Source: Chitinophaga pinensis
Lineage (GTDB): Bacteria > Bacteroidota > Bacteroidia > UBA7662
Assembly: GCA_945874665.1 (NCBI GenBank)
Contig: CAMCHJ010000004.1
Coordinates: forward strand, 1,169 to 65,168
DNA: 64,000 nucleotides
Reading direction: 5' to 3'
Below, piece by piece: positions 48,196 through 59,094 of the stretch; position 1 is the first letter of the stretch; every line of letters starts with the position of its first letter. The position numbers and the translations under genes were made by a program. The notes beneath the pieces are model-generated. The model was not told the DNA's origin. It searched no databases and was given only the letters and a program-made list of their open reading frames with translations.

Positions 48196-49506
48196 TTACG
48201 GCTGCTCCACCCCGTACTTATCCGAAAACTTCTTATACAGGGCCTTTTGTTTGTCGCCCAAATCCACTGCACGACCGTCGATGAAGGCGGCCTCGAGTTG
48301 GTTGCCGCGCACGTCTAAGGCATCGCCGGTGCTGATGAACAAACAGGCCGATTTGCCTACGGCCAGCTCGCCATAACGCTGCTCGATACCCAAAATAGCG
48401 GCCGCATCGCTGCTAAGGGCCTGGATGGCGCGCTCCACGCTTAAGCCGTAACCCACGGCTTGTCCCGCCTGAAACGGCAAATTGCGCTGCTCCCAAGCCC
48501 CATCCATGCTAAAACCAAAGCGGATGCCAGCGGCAGCAAGCTGTGCAGGCAGGCGATAAGGCGCATCTACCGCATCGCCGTTGCGGTTGGGCAGGCGCTG
48601 TGTGCGACTCAGCACCAAATCAATCTTATTTTCTTGTAAAAAAGGCAGGATATCGGCGGCTTCTTCGGCTCCCACGATAACAGGCTTGAGCTGGTAGGCT
48701 GCAAAAAACTGCACAGCCGATACCATGGCTTTGGCCTCGTTGGCGCGCACAAAGACCTTGGTTTTGCCTTCAAAAACGCTGCGCATGGCCTCTAACTTGA
48801 GGTTGATTTTGGCAGGTTTTTTTTGGGCCAGATAAGCTTTGGCATCTTCCATAAACTGCTTGAGCTCGGCGAGGTTGTCGGCCGATTGCTTGCGCTGCTC
48901 CTCCGCCGGTGGCGCCCACCAGGCATCATACACCCGAAACGACGGCCAGTTAAAGTACATGGCATCTTCGGCGCGCACCACGGCATCCTCCCAGTTCCAA
49001 GCATCGTGCTGCACCACGCTGGAGCGGCCGCTGATGTTGCCCGATTGCGGAGTCACTTGGCTCAATAAAGTGCCACTGTTGCGCACGGTGGGGGTAATGC
49101 GCGAGTCGGTATTGTAGGCCACCAAAGCGCGCACATGGGGATTAAGACCGCCCGTTTCGCTCTGGTCGCGGGTTGCTCGCACAGCATCAATCTCGTTTAA
49201 ACCTAAAATGCTGTTAAATGCAATAAAACCCGGGTACACATGCTTGCCGCTGGCATCGATAATGGTAGCGGTTTCGGCATTGAGCCGTATTTCGGCCCCG
49301 GTGCCTACGTAAGTTATCAGTCCGTTTTCGAAGCCAATAATGCCCTGAAGGGTTTGTCCGTTGCCCAAGTGCAAAGTAGTCCCCGTAATCCAAATGGGTT
49401 TGGCTTGCGGCTTCCCAGGCGATGGCACGCTGGTTTGGGCAGAAGTAGTGGCGAAGTTGCCCAGCAATAAACAGCTGGCCAAGAGCAGGGGGAGGATTTT
49501 ACGCAT
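48196..49506 (-). CDS. Amidohydrolase-superfamily exported protein (metal ligands appear degenerate)
   Basis: IIDASGKHVYPGFI, AAAILG..YGEL.VGK.A; canonical HxH absent. Confidence 0.8.
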   Translation of the reverse strand: MRKILPLLLASCLLLGNFATTSAQTSVPSPGKPQAKPIWITGTTLHLGNGQTLQGIIGFENGLITYVGTGAEIRLNAETATIIDASGKHVYPGFIAFNSILGLNEIDAVRATRDQSETGGLNPHVRALVAYNTDSRITPTVRNSGTLLSQVTPQSGNISGRSSVVQHDAWNWEDAVVRAEDAMYFNWPSFRVYDAWWAPPAEEQRKQSADNLAELKQFMEDAKAYLAQKKPAKINLKLEAMRSVFEGKTKVFVRANEAKAMVSAVQFFAAYQLKPVIVGAEEAADILPFLQENKIDLVLSRTQRLPNRNGDAVDAPYRLPAQLAAAGIRFGFSMDGAWEQRNLPFQAGQAVGYGLSVERAIQALSSDAAAILGIEQRYGELAVGKSACLFISTGDALDVRGNQLEAAFIDGRAVDLGDKQKALYKKFSDKYGVEQP

Positions 49507-49574
49507 GGGACGAATCTAATAAAAAAATCATTGTAACGATTCAATGTATAAACGATTCGGGTGCATAGCAAAGC

Positions 49575-49605
49575 AAAAAGCCAGCATTTCGGTGCTGGCT
49601 TTTTT
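49575..49605. terminator. Intrinsic terminator after tkt (bidirectional form)
   Basis: AAAAAGCCAGCA-TTTCGG-TGCTGGCTTTTTT. Confidence 0.85.
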
Positions 49606-49619
49606 GTTTGTAAGGAGGT

Positions 49620-51596
49620 TTAAGAGGCGAAATGCTCCCGAATGCGCTCCACGACTTTGGCAGGGGTGAGGCCAAAATATTCAGCCAAAGCGTCGCCTGG
49701 GGCCGATAAACCAAAGGTATCTACCCCAATGTTCAAGCCACCCAAGCCGGTAAAGCGCTGCCAACCGAGGGTCACGCCGGCTTCAATCGAAATGCGGCGC
49801 TTGGCCTCCATGCTCATGATCATTTGCTGGTAGTCGGTAGGCTGCTCGTCGAACAGCTCCCAGCACGGCAAGCTCACCACGCGGATGTTGCCTTCGGTTT
49901 CGCCCGCCAAAGCTTCGGCCGCGGCAATGGCTACCCATACTTCTGAACCACTTGCGTAAATCACGGTATGCACCGGCGCCTCGGGCTGCGTTTCAAATTT
50001 GATGTAACCACCACGGGCTACGTCCACCGGACCGGCCAAAGTCGGCACGTTTTGGCGGGTCAAGGCCAGCAAACTCGGGCGGTGACCTTCTTGCAGCCAC
50101 TGAATCATGCTGGCTACGGTTTCGCGGGCGTCGGCAGGGCGGAATACGAGTAGGTTCGGAATGGTGCGCAGGCTCATCACGTGCTCAATAGACTGGTGCG
50201 TAGGACCGTCTTCGCCCAAGAAAATGCTGTCGTGCGTAAACACATGCAGCACCTGCAGCTCCTGGATGGCGCTCATGCGGATGGCATTGCGGCTGTAGTC
50301 GCTAAAGGTGAGGAAGGTGGCGCCATACGGCAAAATGCCGCCGTACAAGGCCATGCCGTTGCAAATGGCAGCCATCGGGAATTCGCGTACGCCAAAGGCG
50401 AGGTTGCGGCCCGCGCGATTGGCTTTGTTGAACTCGCCCACCACCGCAGCAAAAGCGCCTGTATTGTTCGATGGCTCCAAGTCGGCACTGCCGCCCATCA
50501 CCCCAGGAATGGCTTTGCCAAAGTACTCGAGCACCTTGCCAAAAGCCACGCGGGTGGCTAACGAACCGCCTACTTCAAATTGGGGAAGCTCGCTGAGGTT
50601 GATTTTGCCGTCGAATACCTGCTCGCAATACAGGTCAATGTTGGTGTCGGCAGCACGACGGGCCTTGAGTTTTTGGGCCCATTGGTCGGCTTCGAGGTTG
50701 TAGGTGTCGAGCTTGGCAGTAAAATACTCCTTGGCTTCGTCGCTTACTTGGAAGAACGCTTCGGGATCGAGGCCCAGCTTGGTCTTGGTAGCGGCGATTT
50801 CCTCGGGCTTCAAGGGCTCTCCGTGGGTTTTGTGACTGCCTTCCATGGTGGCGGTGCCTTTGGCCATCACGGTGGTACCGATGATTAAGAGCGGCTTTTG
50901 GCGCTTGGTTTGGCTGTAGTCGAGACTCGCGCGGATGGCGGCATGGTCGTGCCCATCAATCTCGTGCACTTCCCACTGCATGGCTTCAAACAATCCTTTA
51001 AAATCTACCGAGCTCACCCGGTCGGTAGTGCCCGATATCTGAATGTCGTTTTTGTCGTAATACACCACCAAATTGCTCAAACCTAAATGACCCGCAATTT
51101 GCATGGAGCCTAAGGCTACGTCTTCTTGCAAATCGCCATCGCCAACGAGACTGTAAATGGTGTTGTTGATGAGCTCGCTGCCCAACATGGCTTGCTGGTG
51201 CATACTGCCAATGGCCATGCCTACGGCCATGCTTACGCCTTGTCCCAAAGGACCCGTAGTGGCTTCAACGCCTGGGGTGAGGTGATTTTCAGGGTGACCA
51301 GGCGTTAAACTGCCCAACTGGCGGAAGTTTTCGAGCTCCTCAATGGGCAGGAGGTCCATAAAATGGAGCAGACTGTACAGCAACATCGACTCGTGACCGG
51401 CCGATAAGATGAAGCGGTCGCGGTTGTGCCACTCAGGCAGCTGCGGGGCAAACCGCAAATAATCACGGAACAAAATCACGGCGAAATCGCTCGATGAAAA
51501 GGCGCCGCCGGGGTGCCCCGAATTGGCTTTACGGGTGGCGTCCATTACCAAGCCTTTGAGCTCGGCGATTACGCGCTGGTCGAGTTGTGCTGACAT
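49620..51596 (-). CDS. tkt: Transketolase (single-chain)
   Basis: SGHPG, RDRFILSAGH, GDG TPP motif, GEDGPTHQ. Confidence 0.96.
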   Translation of the reverse strand: MSAQLDQRVIAELKGLVMDATRKANSGHPGGAFSSSDFAVILFRDYLRFAPQLPEWHNRDRFILSAGHESMLLYSLLHFMDLLPIEELENFRQLGSLTPGHPENHLTPGVEATTGPLGQGVSMAVGMAIGSMHQQAMLGSELINNTIYSLVGDGDLQEDVALGSMQIAGHLGLSNLVVYYDKNDIQISGTTDRVSSVDFKGLFEAMQWEVHEIDGHDHAAIRASLDYSQTKRQKPLLIIGTTVMAKGTATMEGSHKTHGEPLKPEEIAATKTKLGLDPEAFFQVSDEAKEYFTAKLDTYNLEADQWAQKLKARRAADTNIDLYCEQVFDGKINLSELPQFEVGGSLATRVAFGKVLEYFGKAIPGVMGGSADLEPSNNTGAFAAVVGEFNKANRAGRNLAFGVREFPMAAICNGMALYGGILPYGATFLTFSDYSRNAIRMSAIQELQVLHVFTHDSIFLGEDGPTHQSIEHVMSLRTIPNLLVFRPADARETVASMIQWLQEGHRPSLLALTRQNVPTLAGPVDVARGGYIKFETQPEAPVHTVIYASGSEVWVAIAAAEALAGETEGNIRVVSLPCWELFDEQPTDYQQMIMSMEAKRRISIEAGVTLGWQRFTGLGGLNIGVDTFGLSAPGDALAEYFGLTPAKVVERIREHFAS

Positions 51597-51734
51597 GCTG
51601 CTAAAATTTGAGTGCGAAGTTACGTTTTTTTTCAAGCGTACCGAAGCGGGCTTTCCACAGGCTAATCCACACGCTGTACTGCCTTAACTTTGGGGGATGT
51701 TTTCATTTGTTTAGGGATTTATTTATTTTTAGGG

Positions 51735-53114
51735 ATGCAAAAAATGAATTGGGTGTACGCTGCGGCCTTGTTGCTCGGCTTACTCGCTCCACCAGCCACG
51801 GCACAAATTACGATTGGCAATACCGCAGTCGATACCAGCACCGTCATCAGCGGTATTGACATTCCTTGGGAAATTGTTTGGGGACCCGATAACCACATTT
51901 GGATGACTGAGCGTTACGGCCGCATCAGTCGTGTAAATCCGCAAACAGGCCAACAATCGGTGCTGCTTACTATATCTGATTGTTTTGCCACCGGCGAGTC
52001 GGGATTGCTGGGCATGGCGCTCTACCCCAATTTCGCGGATACGGCTTGGGTGTTTTTTGCGTATACCTATCAGCAATCGGGACAAATTCGCGAGCGTTTG
52101 GTGCGGTACACTTATGACAGCAGTGCGCAAAGCCTCGGGAGTCCGCTTACCCTCATCAACAACATCCCCGGAAATAGCACCCACAATGGTGCGCGTTTGC
52201 TGTTTTTGCCCGATAATACCTTGCTCATGACTACCGGTGATGCGCAAGACCAGCAAGCACCCCTTAATCCGGCGCTTTTGCCCGGCAAAGTGCTTCGCCT
52301 CAACGCCAACGGCACCATCCCCGCCAACAATCCTACCCCTGGCAGCTATGTGTACAGCCTCGGTCACCGCAACGCCCAAGGCATGTTTCGGCATCCGAAT
52401 GGCCGCATCTACATTTCAGAACACGGTCCGAGCAGCGACGACGAGCTCAACATCATTGAGCCAGGCCGCAATTATGGCTGGCCTACGGTAAACGGCATGT
52501 GCAACACCCCAGCCGAGCTGCAGTATTGTGCTGCTAACAATGTGTATGAGCCCATTCGCACTTGGACGCCCACCATCGCACCAGCAGGTATGATTTGGTA
52601 CAACCACGCTGCGTTGCCTGTTTTCCAAAACAAAATCATCCTCACCACCCTTAAAAATGCGCGTTTGTATGTGCTTTCGCTCAACGAAAATGGCGATTCG
52701 GTAACAGCCGAGGCCCAATATTTAAATCAAATGTTTGGCCGCTTGCGCGATGTGATTGCAGACCCTGCCGGTAATTTGTACTTGGCCACCAACGGCAATT
52801 CATGGGTAAATTCAGAGCCTTTTACGCATCGCATTGTGAAGCTGAGTCCAAGGGTAAATACATCGGTATCAGCGGTACGCGAGGCAGCGCAAGCCGGCGT
52901 TTACCCTAATCCGCTAACGGCCGAAAGCCGCCTACAGCTCGATGCCAGTTTGGTTGGCAGCACCGCCAGCCTCTACGATCTGCAAGGCCGCCTGCTCCAT
53001 CAATTTGAGGTAAAAGAAACCACAACCCAATTGCATTTGCCTGTGCTTCAACAAGGCATTTACTATTTGCAACTCTCTAAACACCAAAAAGCCATCAAAT
53101 TACTGGTGCAGTAG
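51735..53114 (+). CDS. PQQ-dependent sugar dehydrogenase-like (GSDH) beta-propeller with T9SS CTD
   Basis: PWEI.WGPD, GLLGMAL.P.F, HNGARL, GHRNAQG, EHGP..DELN..G.NYGWP, VYPNP CTD. Confidence 0.88.
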   Translation: MQKMNWVYAAALLLGLLAPPATAQITIGNTAVDTSTVISGIDIPWEIVWGPDNHIWMTERYGRISRVNPQTGQQSVLLTISDCFATGESGLLGMALYPNFADTAWVFFAYTYQQSGQIRERLVRYTYDSSAQSLGSPLTLINNIPGNSTHNGARLLFLPDNTLLMTTGDAQDQQAPLNPALLPGKVLRLNANGTIPANNPTPGSYVYSLGHRNAQGMFRHPNGRIYISEHGPSSDDELNIIEPGRNYGWPTVNGMCNTPAELQYCAANNVYEPIRTWTPTIAPAGMIWYNHAALPVFQNKIILTTLKNARLYVLSLNENGDSVTAEAQYLNQMFGRLRDVIADPAGNLYLATNGNSWVNSEPFTHRIVKLSPRVNTSVSAVREAAQAGVYPNPLTAESRLQLDASLVGSTASLYDLQGRLLHQFEVKETTTQLHLPVLQQGIYYLQLSKHQKAIKLLVQ

Positions 53115-53153
53115 ACAGCGGCAGGCCAAAAAGACCAGTGCACAGGGTGAGGA

Positions 53154-53636
53154 CTATTTATGGGTTTCGGTCACCCGGCTAAAGCTAAATACGCGGTCTT
53201 TGCTGGGGTCGGCCAGCAGGCCCAGTACAATCACCAAGCTGTCGCGCTGTGGCAAATGGTAGCTTATTTTTTGGGGGAAGTCGTGGTTGGGGTTTTCAAA
53301 CACAAACAACGAATCGGCGAGCTGGGCATTGAGTCTAAAAGCAACAGGTTGATCGTTGTTTTGACCCTGCACCAAAGCCATATAGGCATAGGTGCTGTCT
53401 ATGGGACTGATCTCCAGCGATTCTAACAGCATACTGTCGCCAGCCTCGATGCGGTACACAGTGCCTTTCCAGCGATTGGTGTCGTAGCGCTCCCAATGTT
53501 CGGCGATTACGGCGGCGGCACCGGTTTTGGTCCAGTGGCCTTCGAGCACGGCAAAAGGATTGTCGATTTCTTCAGCAGCCTCCTCTTTACAGCATGTTAG
53601 GGCGAGTAGAGCGAAAAAAACGACCAACTTTCTCAT
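53154..53636 (-). CDS. DUF6265-like lipoprotein
   Basis: [21 protein letters not shown]. Confidence 0.75.
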   Translation of the reverse strand: MRKLVVFFALLALTCCKEEAAEEIDNPFAVLEGHWTKTGAAAVIAEHWERYDTNRWKGTVYRIEAGDSMLLESLEISPIDSTYAYMALVQGQNNDQPVAFRLNAQLADSLFVFENPNHDFPQKISYHLPQRDSLVIVLGLLADPSKDRVFSFSRVTETHK

Positions 53637-54700
53637 TCTGTAAGCTTGAGTTTTTCGGTGTTTTCGGCAAGTTCGAGTCCGTTGATCATTTCCTGAATGT
53701 CGCCATTCAAAAAGCCATCTAAATTATACAAGGTCATGCCAATGCGGTGATCGGTTACCCGGCTTTGTGGGAAGTTGTAGGTGCGTATTTTGGCCGATCG
53801 GTCGCCGGTGCTCACCAATGTCTTGCGTGTGCCAGCCACCGCTTCGTTCCGCTTGTTGAGCTCGAGCTCGTATAACTTGGTCCGCAACATCTCCATGGCC
53901 CGCGCGCGGTTGCCGAGCTGCGAACGCTCAATCTGACACGTTACCACAATGCCCGATGGCTTGTGGGTCAACATCACCTTGGTTTCCACTTTGTTTACGT
54001 TTTGGCCGCCTGCACCGCCCGAACGAGACGTCTGCAACTCAATATCCGCCGGGTTCAACACCACGTCAAAGGTCTCCGCCTCAGGCATCACCACCACCGT
54101 GGCCGCTGAGGTGTGAATGCGCCCTTGTGTTTCGGTATTGGGTACGCGTTGTACGCGGTGCACCCCCGACTCATACTTCATCGTGGCATATACATCTTCG
54201 CCCGAAATCTTAAAAATCACTTCTTTGTAGCCCCCCATGGTGCCCTCGCTTTCGTCCTGAATTTCGATGTTCCAACCGCGTTGCTCGCAGTAACGGGTGT
54301 ACATGCGGGCGAGGTCACCGGCAAATAAACTGGCTTCGTCGCCGCCCGTGCCCGCACGAATTTCGAGCAAAATATTGCGACTGTCTTCCGGCTCCTTCGG
54401 TACCAACAACAGCCGCAGCGCCTGCTCCGTTGGGGTTACCTGTGGCTCTAAAGCGTCGAGTTCGAGCTTGGCCATCTCTAAAAATTCCGGGTCTTTTTCG
54501 GTCGAAATTATTTTTTTGTTGGTCTCAATGTTGCCCAGCAAATCGCTAAAGGCCTTAAACGCATTGACGAGTTTTTCGAGTTCGCGGTATTCTTTGTTGA
54601 GCGCTGCATATTTTTTCATGTCCCCAAAAATGGCCGGGTCTTGCAATTGGCGTTCCACTTCCTGAAAGCGCCCGAGGGCAGCAGGGTATTTATCAAGCAT
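53633..54700 (-). CDS. prfA: Peptide chain release factor 1
   Basis: [12 protein letters not shown] (PxT motif), [11 protein letters not shown]. Confidence 0.97.
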   Translation of the reverse strand: MLDKYPAALGRFQEVERQLQDPAIFGDMKKYAALNKEYRELEKLVNAFKAFSDLLGNIETNKKIISTEKDPEFLEMAKLELDALEPQVTPTEQALRLLLVPKEPEDSRNILLEIRAGTGGDEASLFAGDLARMYTRYCEQRGWNIEIQDESEGTMGGYKEVIFKISGEDVYATMKYESGVHRVQRVPNTETQGRIHTSAATVVVMPEAETFDVVLNPADIELQTSRSGGAGGQNVNKVETKVMLTHKPSGIVVTCQIERSQLGNRARAMEMLRTKLYELELNKRNEAVAGTRKTLVSTGDRSAKIRTYNFPQSRVTDHRIGMTLYNLDGFLNGDIQEMINGLELAENTEKLKLTE

Positions 54701-54717
54701 GTTGCAAAATTAGCAAT

Positions 54718-55542
54718 TTAGCGCTTTGCAGGGTGCGCGAATTGTAAGAGCTGGTTACCCGCCCAAACATACAGGCCACGCTGGTTTACCCGCACCATTT
54801 TGGCTGTGTATTTGCCAATGGCCAGCGGCTCGGCCGTCCCCTCACGCAAGTGCAGCCGCCAAACCACGCCGCTGCGCACAAAATAAGCGTGCTCCCCCCA
54901 AAAATCCATGCGCTCAATGCCGAGCTCGGGCATGGTTTTGAGGTAACGCCCGTACAAATCAAACACCAACAGTCCCACTTTGGGGTCGGTTAAATACACC
55001 CGCTCGGCATGTTCGGCCATGTAGCTAGGCGCTAGTATTTCGCTGATTTCGTTTTGCAGCCACTCGCCCTCCACTACAGTACGCAGGTCGAAAGCGAGCT
55101 TGCGCAGTCTAAAACTGCGCTCATCGTACAGCCAAAAGTTGTTGTCGAACGAGCGGCAAACCTGCGATTGGTTGCTGAGCTGCAAACCGGCAATTTCGAA
55201 GCGGTTGGTCTGGTACAGCATATTGTCGAGCTGCAACAGCACCGATACCTCGGGGTAAAAGAGCAGCAGCTGCAAGGGATTAAAAACATCTACATGCCGC
55301 AATTGTCCGAGCACTTGCTCGCGCTGGTTGCCCACCCATTGCCCTTTTTCGTCGTATTTGATGAGCTCGTTGCGCCGCGTTATGAGGTAATACGCGCCTA
55401 AATTGTCAACCGCAAAATACTGGATGGGCTGCTCGAGCACATAGCTGCGCTGGAGCAGCAAACTGTCGCCAGCGGCCTTAACCCCGACCGAAGCCAGCAG
55501 GCTCGTGAGCAGGATAAGTGCGTAAATCGAGATTTTCCCCAT
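54718..55542 (-). CDS. Hypothetical exported protein (probable beta-propeller)
   Basis: Signal-like N-terminus, FAVDNLG..Y, DVFNPL.LL.FY, G.LVFD.YG.Y. Start uncertain. Confidence 0.7.
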   Translation of the reverse strand: MGKISIYALILLTSLLASVGVKAAGDSLLLQRSYVLEQPIQYFAVDNLGAYYLITRRNELIKYDEKGQWVGNQREQVLGQLRHVDVFNPLQLLLFYPEVSVLLQLDNMLYQTNRFEIAGLQLSNQSQVCRSFDNNFWLYDERSFRLRKLAFDLRTVVEGEWLQNEISEILAPSYMAEHAERVYLTDPKVGLLVFDLYGRYLKTMPELGIERMDFWGEHAYFVRSGVVWRLHLREGTAEPLAIGKYTAKMVRVNQRGLYVWAGNQLLQFAHPAKR

Positions 55543-56251
55543 CAAAAACGGCATAAGTATTATAAACGATCCAATCACCCAAATTGATATACAAACTGCG
55601 GTCGCCCACAGGGGTGCAAATGGGCAGGTGGCGGTGACCAAAAACAAAGTAATCGTAGTGCTCGGCGGCTAATTTGCGCTGGCAATATTGGTACAACCAC
55701 TCGTTTTCTTTCAAAAACTGCGATTCATCATCGCCCGCAGCCCGACTTTTGTAACTGAAATGCTGCGCCATGCCAAAAGCCATGTTCGGGTGCAAGCGCC
55801 CAAAAAGCCATTGGTTGAAGGGGTGCCGGAATACTTTTTTGAGGCGTTTGAAGCCTTTGTCGCCAGGACCTTTGCCATCGCCATGCCCCAAAAAGAAGCG
55901 CTTGCCGTTGATTTCGGTTACATAAGTGTCGCTATGCACCTGCAAGCCGAGTTCCTCGCTGAGGTAGCCAAAGGTCCACATATCGTGGTTGCCCATAAAA
56001 AAGTGCACGGGAATGCCGGCATCGGTGAGCTCGGCCAGTTTGCCCAATAAGCGCACATGGTATTTGGGCACCACGTGCTTGTACTCAAACCAAAAATCAA
56101 AAACATCGCCCATTAAATAAATGGCCTCGGCCTTGGGGGCGATTTCGTTTAGGAAGGCAATGATGCGGCGCTCGCGCTCCAAACTACCCGCCCTGTTCGG
56201 AATGCCGAGGTGGAAGTCGCTGAGGAAATACGTATGCTTGCCGCTGCTCAT
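55478..56251 (-). CDS. lpxH: UDP-2,3-diacylglucosamine diphosphatase
   Basis: SDFHLG, GDVFDFW, GNHD, HGD, FGHRH, NLGDW. Confidence 0.88.
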   Translation of the reverse strand: MSSGKHTYFLSDFHLGIPNRAGSLERERRIIAFLNEIAPKAEAIYLMGDVFDFWFEYKHVVPKYHVRLLGKLAELTDAGIPVHFFMGNHDMWTFGYLSEELGLQVHSDTYVTEINGKRFFLGHGDGKGPGDKGFKRLKKVFRHPFNQWLFGRLHPNMAFGMAQHFSYKSRAAGDDESQFLKENEWLYQYCQRKLAAEHYDYFVFGHRHLPICTPVGDRSLYINLGDWIVYNTYAVFDGENLDLRTYPAHEPAGFGRG

Positions 56252-56892
56252 TAGTTGTCTTGCACCAAAAATACGTATAACTCTTTAGGACCGTGCGCCC
56301 CGAGCACCAAGGTTTTTTCGATGTCGGCCGTGCGGCTCGGACCGGTGATGGCGCTGAGCATGCTCGGCAGCTTGCCGTTGTATTTATTTTTGATGAGTTG
56401 AAAGGCGCTTTTGAGGTCTGGCACCAACTGCGAAGTAAAGGCCACTACCACATGCACTGGCGGAAAAACGGTCATGCTGCGGCCCATTTGCTGAGCCGAG
56501 CTTACAAACACACTGCCAGTAGCCGCTACCAAGGCCTCGCAGCCGGTGACCCCAATTTCTACATGTCCTAGTTGCTGTGGATTGTTGAGGTACGGAAATT
56601 CCACCTCGTTAAATAGCTTTTGAATGCCGGGCTCGAAGCAAAAAATATGCTGACTTTTTTGCTTCTGTACGAGCAAAACCAAGTTTTCGGCAAAATCGAG
56701 CATGTTTTCGCAATAGGCAAACGACCCGCTGATGTCGAGCAAACGTTCGGCGAAGGCCATTGCCAGGTCGTTATCGATTGGCGGAAAAATCGGCTTTTCA
56801 AAATCCACAGATAGGCTTTTGGGGCTGCTCTTGTGGATGAGGGCTTTGCGGATTTTTTTAAGGACTTTTTCTTTGGGCGTGCTGTCGCGCAT
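56251..56892 (-). CDS. LutC/YkgG-family (LUD domain) protein
   Basis: PPVHVV, ITGPSRTADIEKTLVLGAHGP. Confidence 0.9.
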   Translation of the reverse strand: MRDSTPKEKVLKKIRKALIHKSSPKSLSVDFEKPIFPPIDNDLAMAFAERLLDISGSFAYCENMLDFAENLVLLVQKQKSQHIFCFEPGIQKLFNEVEFPYLNNPQQLGHVEIGVTGCEALVAATGSVFVSSAQQMGRSMTVFPPVHVVVAFTSQLVPDLKSAFQLIKNKYNGKLPSMLSAITGPSRTADIEKTLVLGAHGPKELYVFLVQDN

Positions 56893-56992
56893 GGCTGCTG
56901 TTTAAATTTCACAGCCCCTGCTACCTCGGGTAAGCAGGGGCTATGGGATAAGGCTGGTCAAAAGTCTGAAACTTTCGGCACTCAACCAAAAA

Positions 56993-59026
56993 TTACGCTT
57001 GAACGGGCGCGTCGTCGGCAGCTGGAGCCTCACTCGCAACTACTTCTGGCTCTGGTACAGGCGCTTTGCTGATCACTTGTGGGATTTGCTCGGTGAGGTG
57101 GGTTTCGCCGGTAGGACGAGCACCAATCATCCGCTCCAAATCGGCTTTGTAAATCACTTCTTTCGCCAACAACTCCTGCGCTACCAACTCCAACTCAGCA
57201 CGCTTTTCTACCAACAACTCCTTGGTTTTGATGTAGGCGTTTTCGATGAGCTTGCGTGCCTCGTCGTCAATAATTTTGGCCATGTCCTCCGAATAAGGCT
57301 TGCGGAACTGGTACTCTCCTTGCGGATCGTTGAAGCTCACAGGGCCCACGATTGGGTTCATGCCGTAAAGCGTTACCATGCCGTAGGCCATGCGGGTAAT
57401 GCGTTCGAGGTCGTTTTGGGCACCTGTGCTGATGCGTCCAAATACAATTTCCTCCGCTGCTCTACCGCCTAAGGTCATGCACATGCTGTCGAGCAACTGC
57501 TCCGTTGTGTACAAATACTGCTCCTTTGGCAAATATTGGGCGTAACCCAAAGCCGCCACCCCGCGAGGTACAATCGACACCTTTACCAAAGGATCGGTGC
57601 CGTGCAGGAACCAGCCCACAATGGCGTGACCAGCTTCGTGGTAGGCCACAATCTTTTTCTCTTCTGGGGAAATGATTTTGTTTTTCTTCTCTAAGCCGCC
57701 AATTACCCGGTCGATCGCGGCATTGAAGTCGATCATTTCTACCACTTTTTTGGCAGAACGGGCCGCAATCAAAGCCGCTTCGTTACATACGTTGGCAATT
57801 TCAGCGCCAGCAAAACCCGGGGTTTGCTCTGCGAGTTTGCGTGCATCCACATCTGGTCCCACTTTGATGGGCTTAAGGTGCACGTTAAAAATCTCTTCGC
57901 GGCCAATGATGTCAGGACGATCGACCGTTATTTGACGGTCGAAGCGACCTGGGCGCAACAAGGCGGGGTCTAATACATCGGGACGGTTTGTGGCCGCCAT
58001 CATGATGATGCCGATTTCTGAACTAAAGCCGTCCATTTCCACGAGCAGCTGGTTGAGTGTGCTTTCGCGCTCATCGTTACCGCCCATGATTTGGTTTTTA
58101 CCACGGGAGCGACCCACCGCATCAATTTCATCGATAAAAATGATACAAGGCGCCTTTTCACGGGCTTGCTTGAAGAGGTCGCGTACCCGACTGGCGCCTA
58201 CGCCTACAAACATCTCTACAAAATCGGAGCCGCTGAGCGTGAAAAAGGGCACTTGGGCTTCGCCTGCCACCGCTTTCGCGAGTAAGGTTTTACCGGTTCC
58301 GGGAGGGCCTACCAAAAGCACCCCTTTCGGAATTTTACCACCCAAAACTGTGTATTTTTTAGGGTTTTTTAAGAAATCTACCACCTCCATCACCTCTGTT
58401 TTGGCCTCTTCCAAGCCCGCAACATCGTTAAAAGTGGTATTTTCCCTCGAGTTCTTGTCGAACAAAGTGGCCTTCGATTTGCCAATGTTAAACAACTGAC
58501 CGCCTCCGCCGCCACCTGCACCACCTGTAAAACGACGCATCAAAAGCATCCACAAGCCCAAAAGCAGGAGCATTGGCAGCAAAAAGCTGAGGATATCGCC
58601 AAACCACGACCGGCGACTTTCCCACTGTACATATATGGGTGCAATTTCTAACTCCACCTGGGCGGCATCCAACTTGGTTTGCAGCACTTCAGGAGAGCTC
58701 TCTGTGAAGTAATATTGTGCCGTAGCACCACCAAAACTACGTTCTTGAAACTCCTTGTACTTTTCGGTACGCAGTTTTTCTTTTTTGATGTACACCTCAA
58801 TTACGTAGATGTCATCTTGTTTAAAGCCTACAATCTTATCTACATCCCCACTTGCAAGCAGGTCGGTTTTGAACTCCTGCCAGCCTATTTTTTTAGCGCT
58901 ATTGCCAGAATTAACCACCTGAATGCCAATAAAGAGCACCGCAATGATGATGTAAATCCAGTAGAAATTAAATTTAGGTTTGTTGTCTGGCTTGAGCTCA
59001 GTCTTTTTCTTGATTTGTTTTGCCAT
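56993..59026 (-). CDS. ftsH: ATP-dependent zinc metalloprotease FtsH
   Basis: Two TM helices, [23 protein letters not shown]. Confidence 0.98.
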   Translation of the reverse strand: MAKQIKKKTELKPDNKPKFNFYWIYIIIAVLFIGIQVVNSGNSAKKIGWQEFKTDLLASGDVDKIVGFKQDDIYVIEVYIKKEKLRTEKYKEFQERSFGGATAQYYFTESSPEVLQTKLDAAQVELEIAPIYVQWESRRSWFGDILSFLLPMLLLLGLWMLLMRRFTGGAGGGGGGQLFNIGKSKATLFDKNSRENTTFNDVAGLEEAKTEVMEVVDFLKNPKKYTVLGGKIPKGVLLVGPPGTGKTLLAKAVAGEAQVPFFTLSGSDFVEMFVGVGASRVRDLFKQAREKAPCIIFIDEIDAVGRSRGKNQIMGGNDERESTLNQLLVEMDGFSSEIGIIMMAATNRPDVLDPALLRPGRFDRQITVDRPDIIGREEIFNVHLKPIKVGPDVDARKLAEQTPGFAGAEIANVCNEAALIAARSAKKVVEMIDFNAAIDRVIGGLEKKNKIISPEEKKIVAYHEAGHAIVGWFLHGTDPLVKVSIVPRGVAALGYAQYLPKEQYLYTTEQLLDSMCMTLGGRAAEEIVFGRISTGAQNDLERITRMAYGMVTLYGMNPIVGPVSFNDPQGEYQFRKPYSEDMAKIIDDEARKLIENAYIKTKELLVEKRAELELVAQELLAKEVIYKADLERMIGARPTGETHLTEQIPQVISKAPVPEPEVVASEAPAADDAPVQA

Positions 59027-59094
59027 GATATAATTATCGTGAGTTGTTAACGTGCTTCACTGCAGAAAAGTTTAATTCTCGTGTAGGCACAAAC

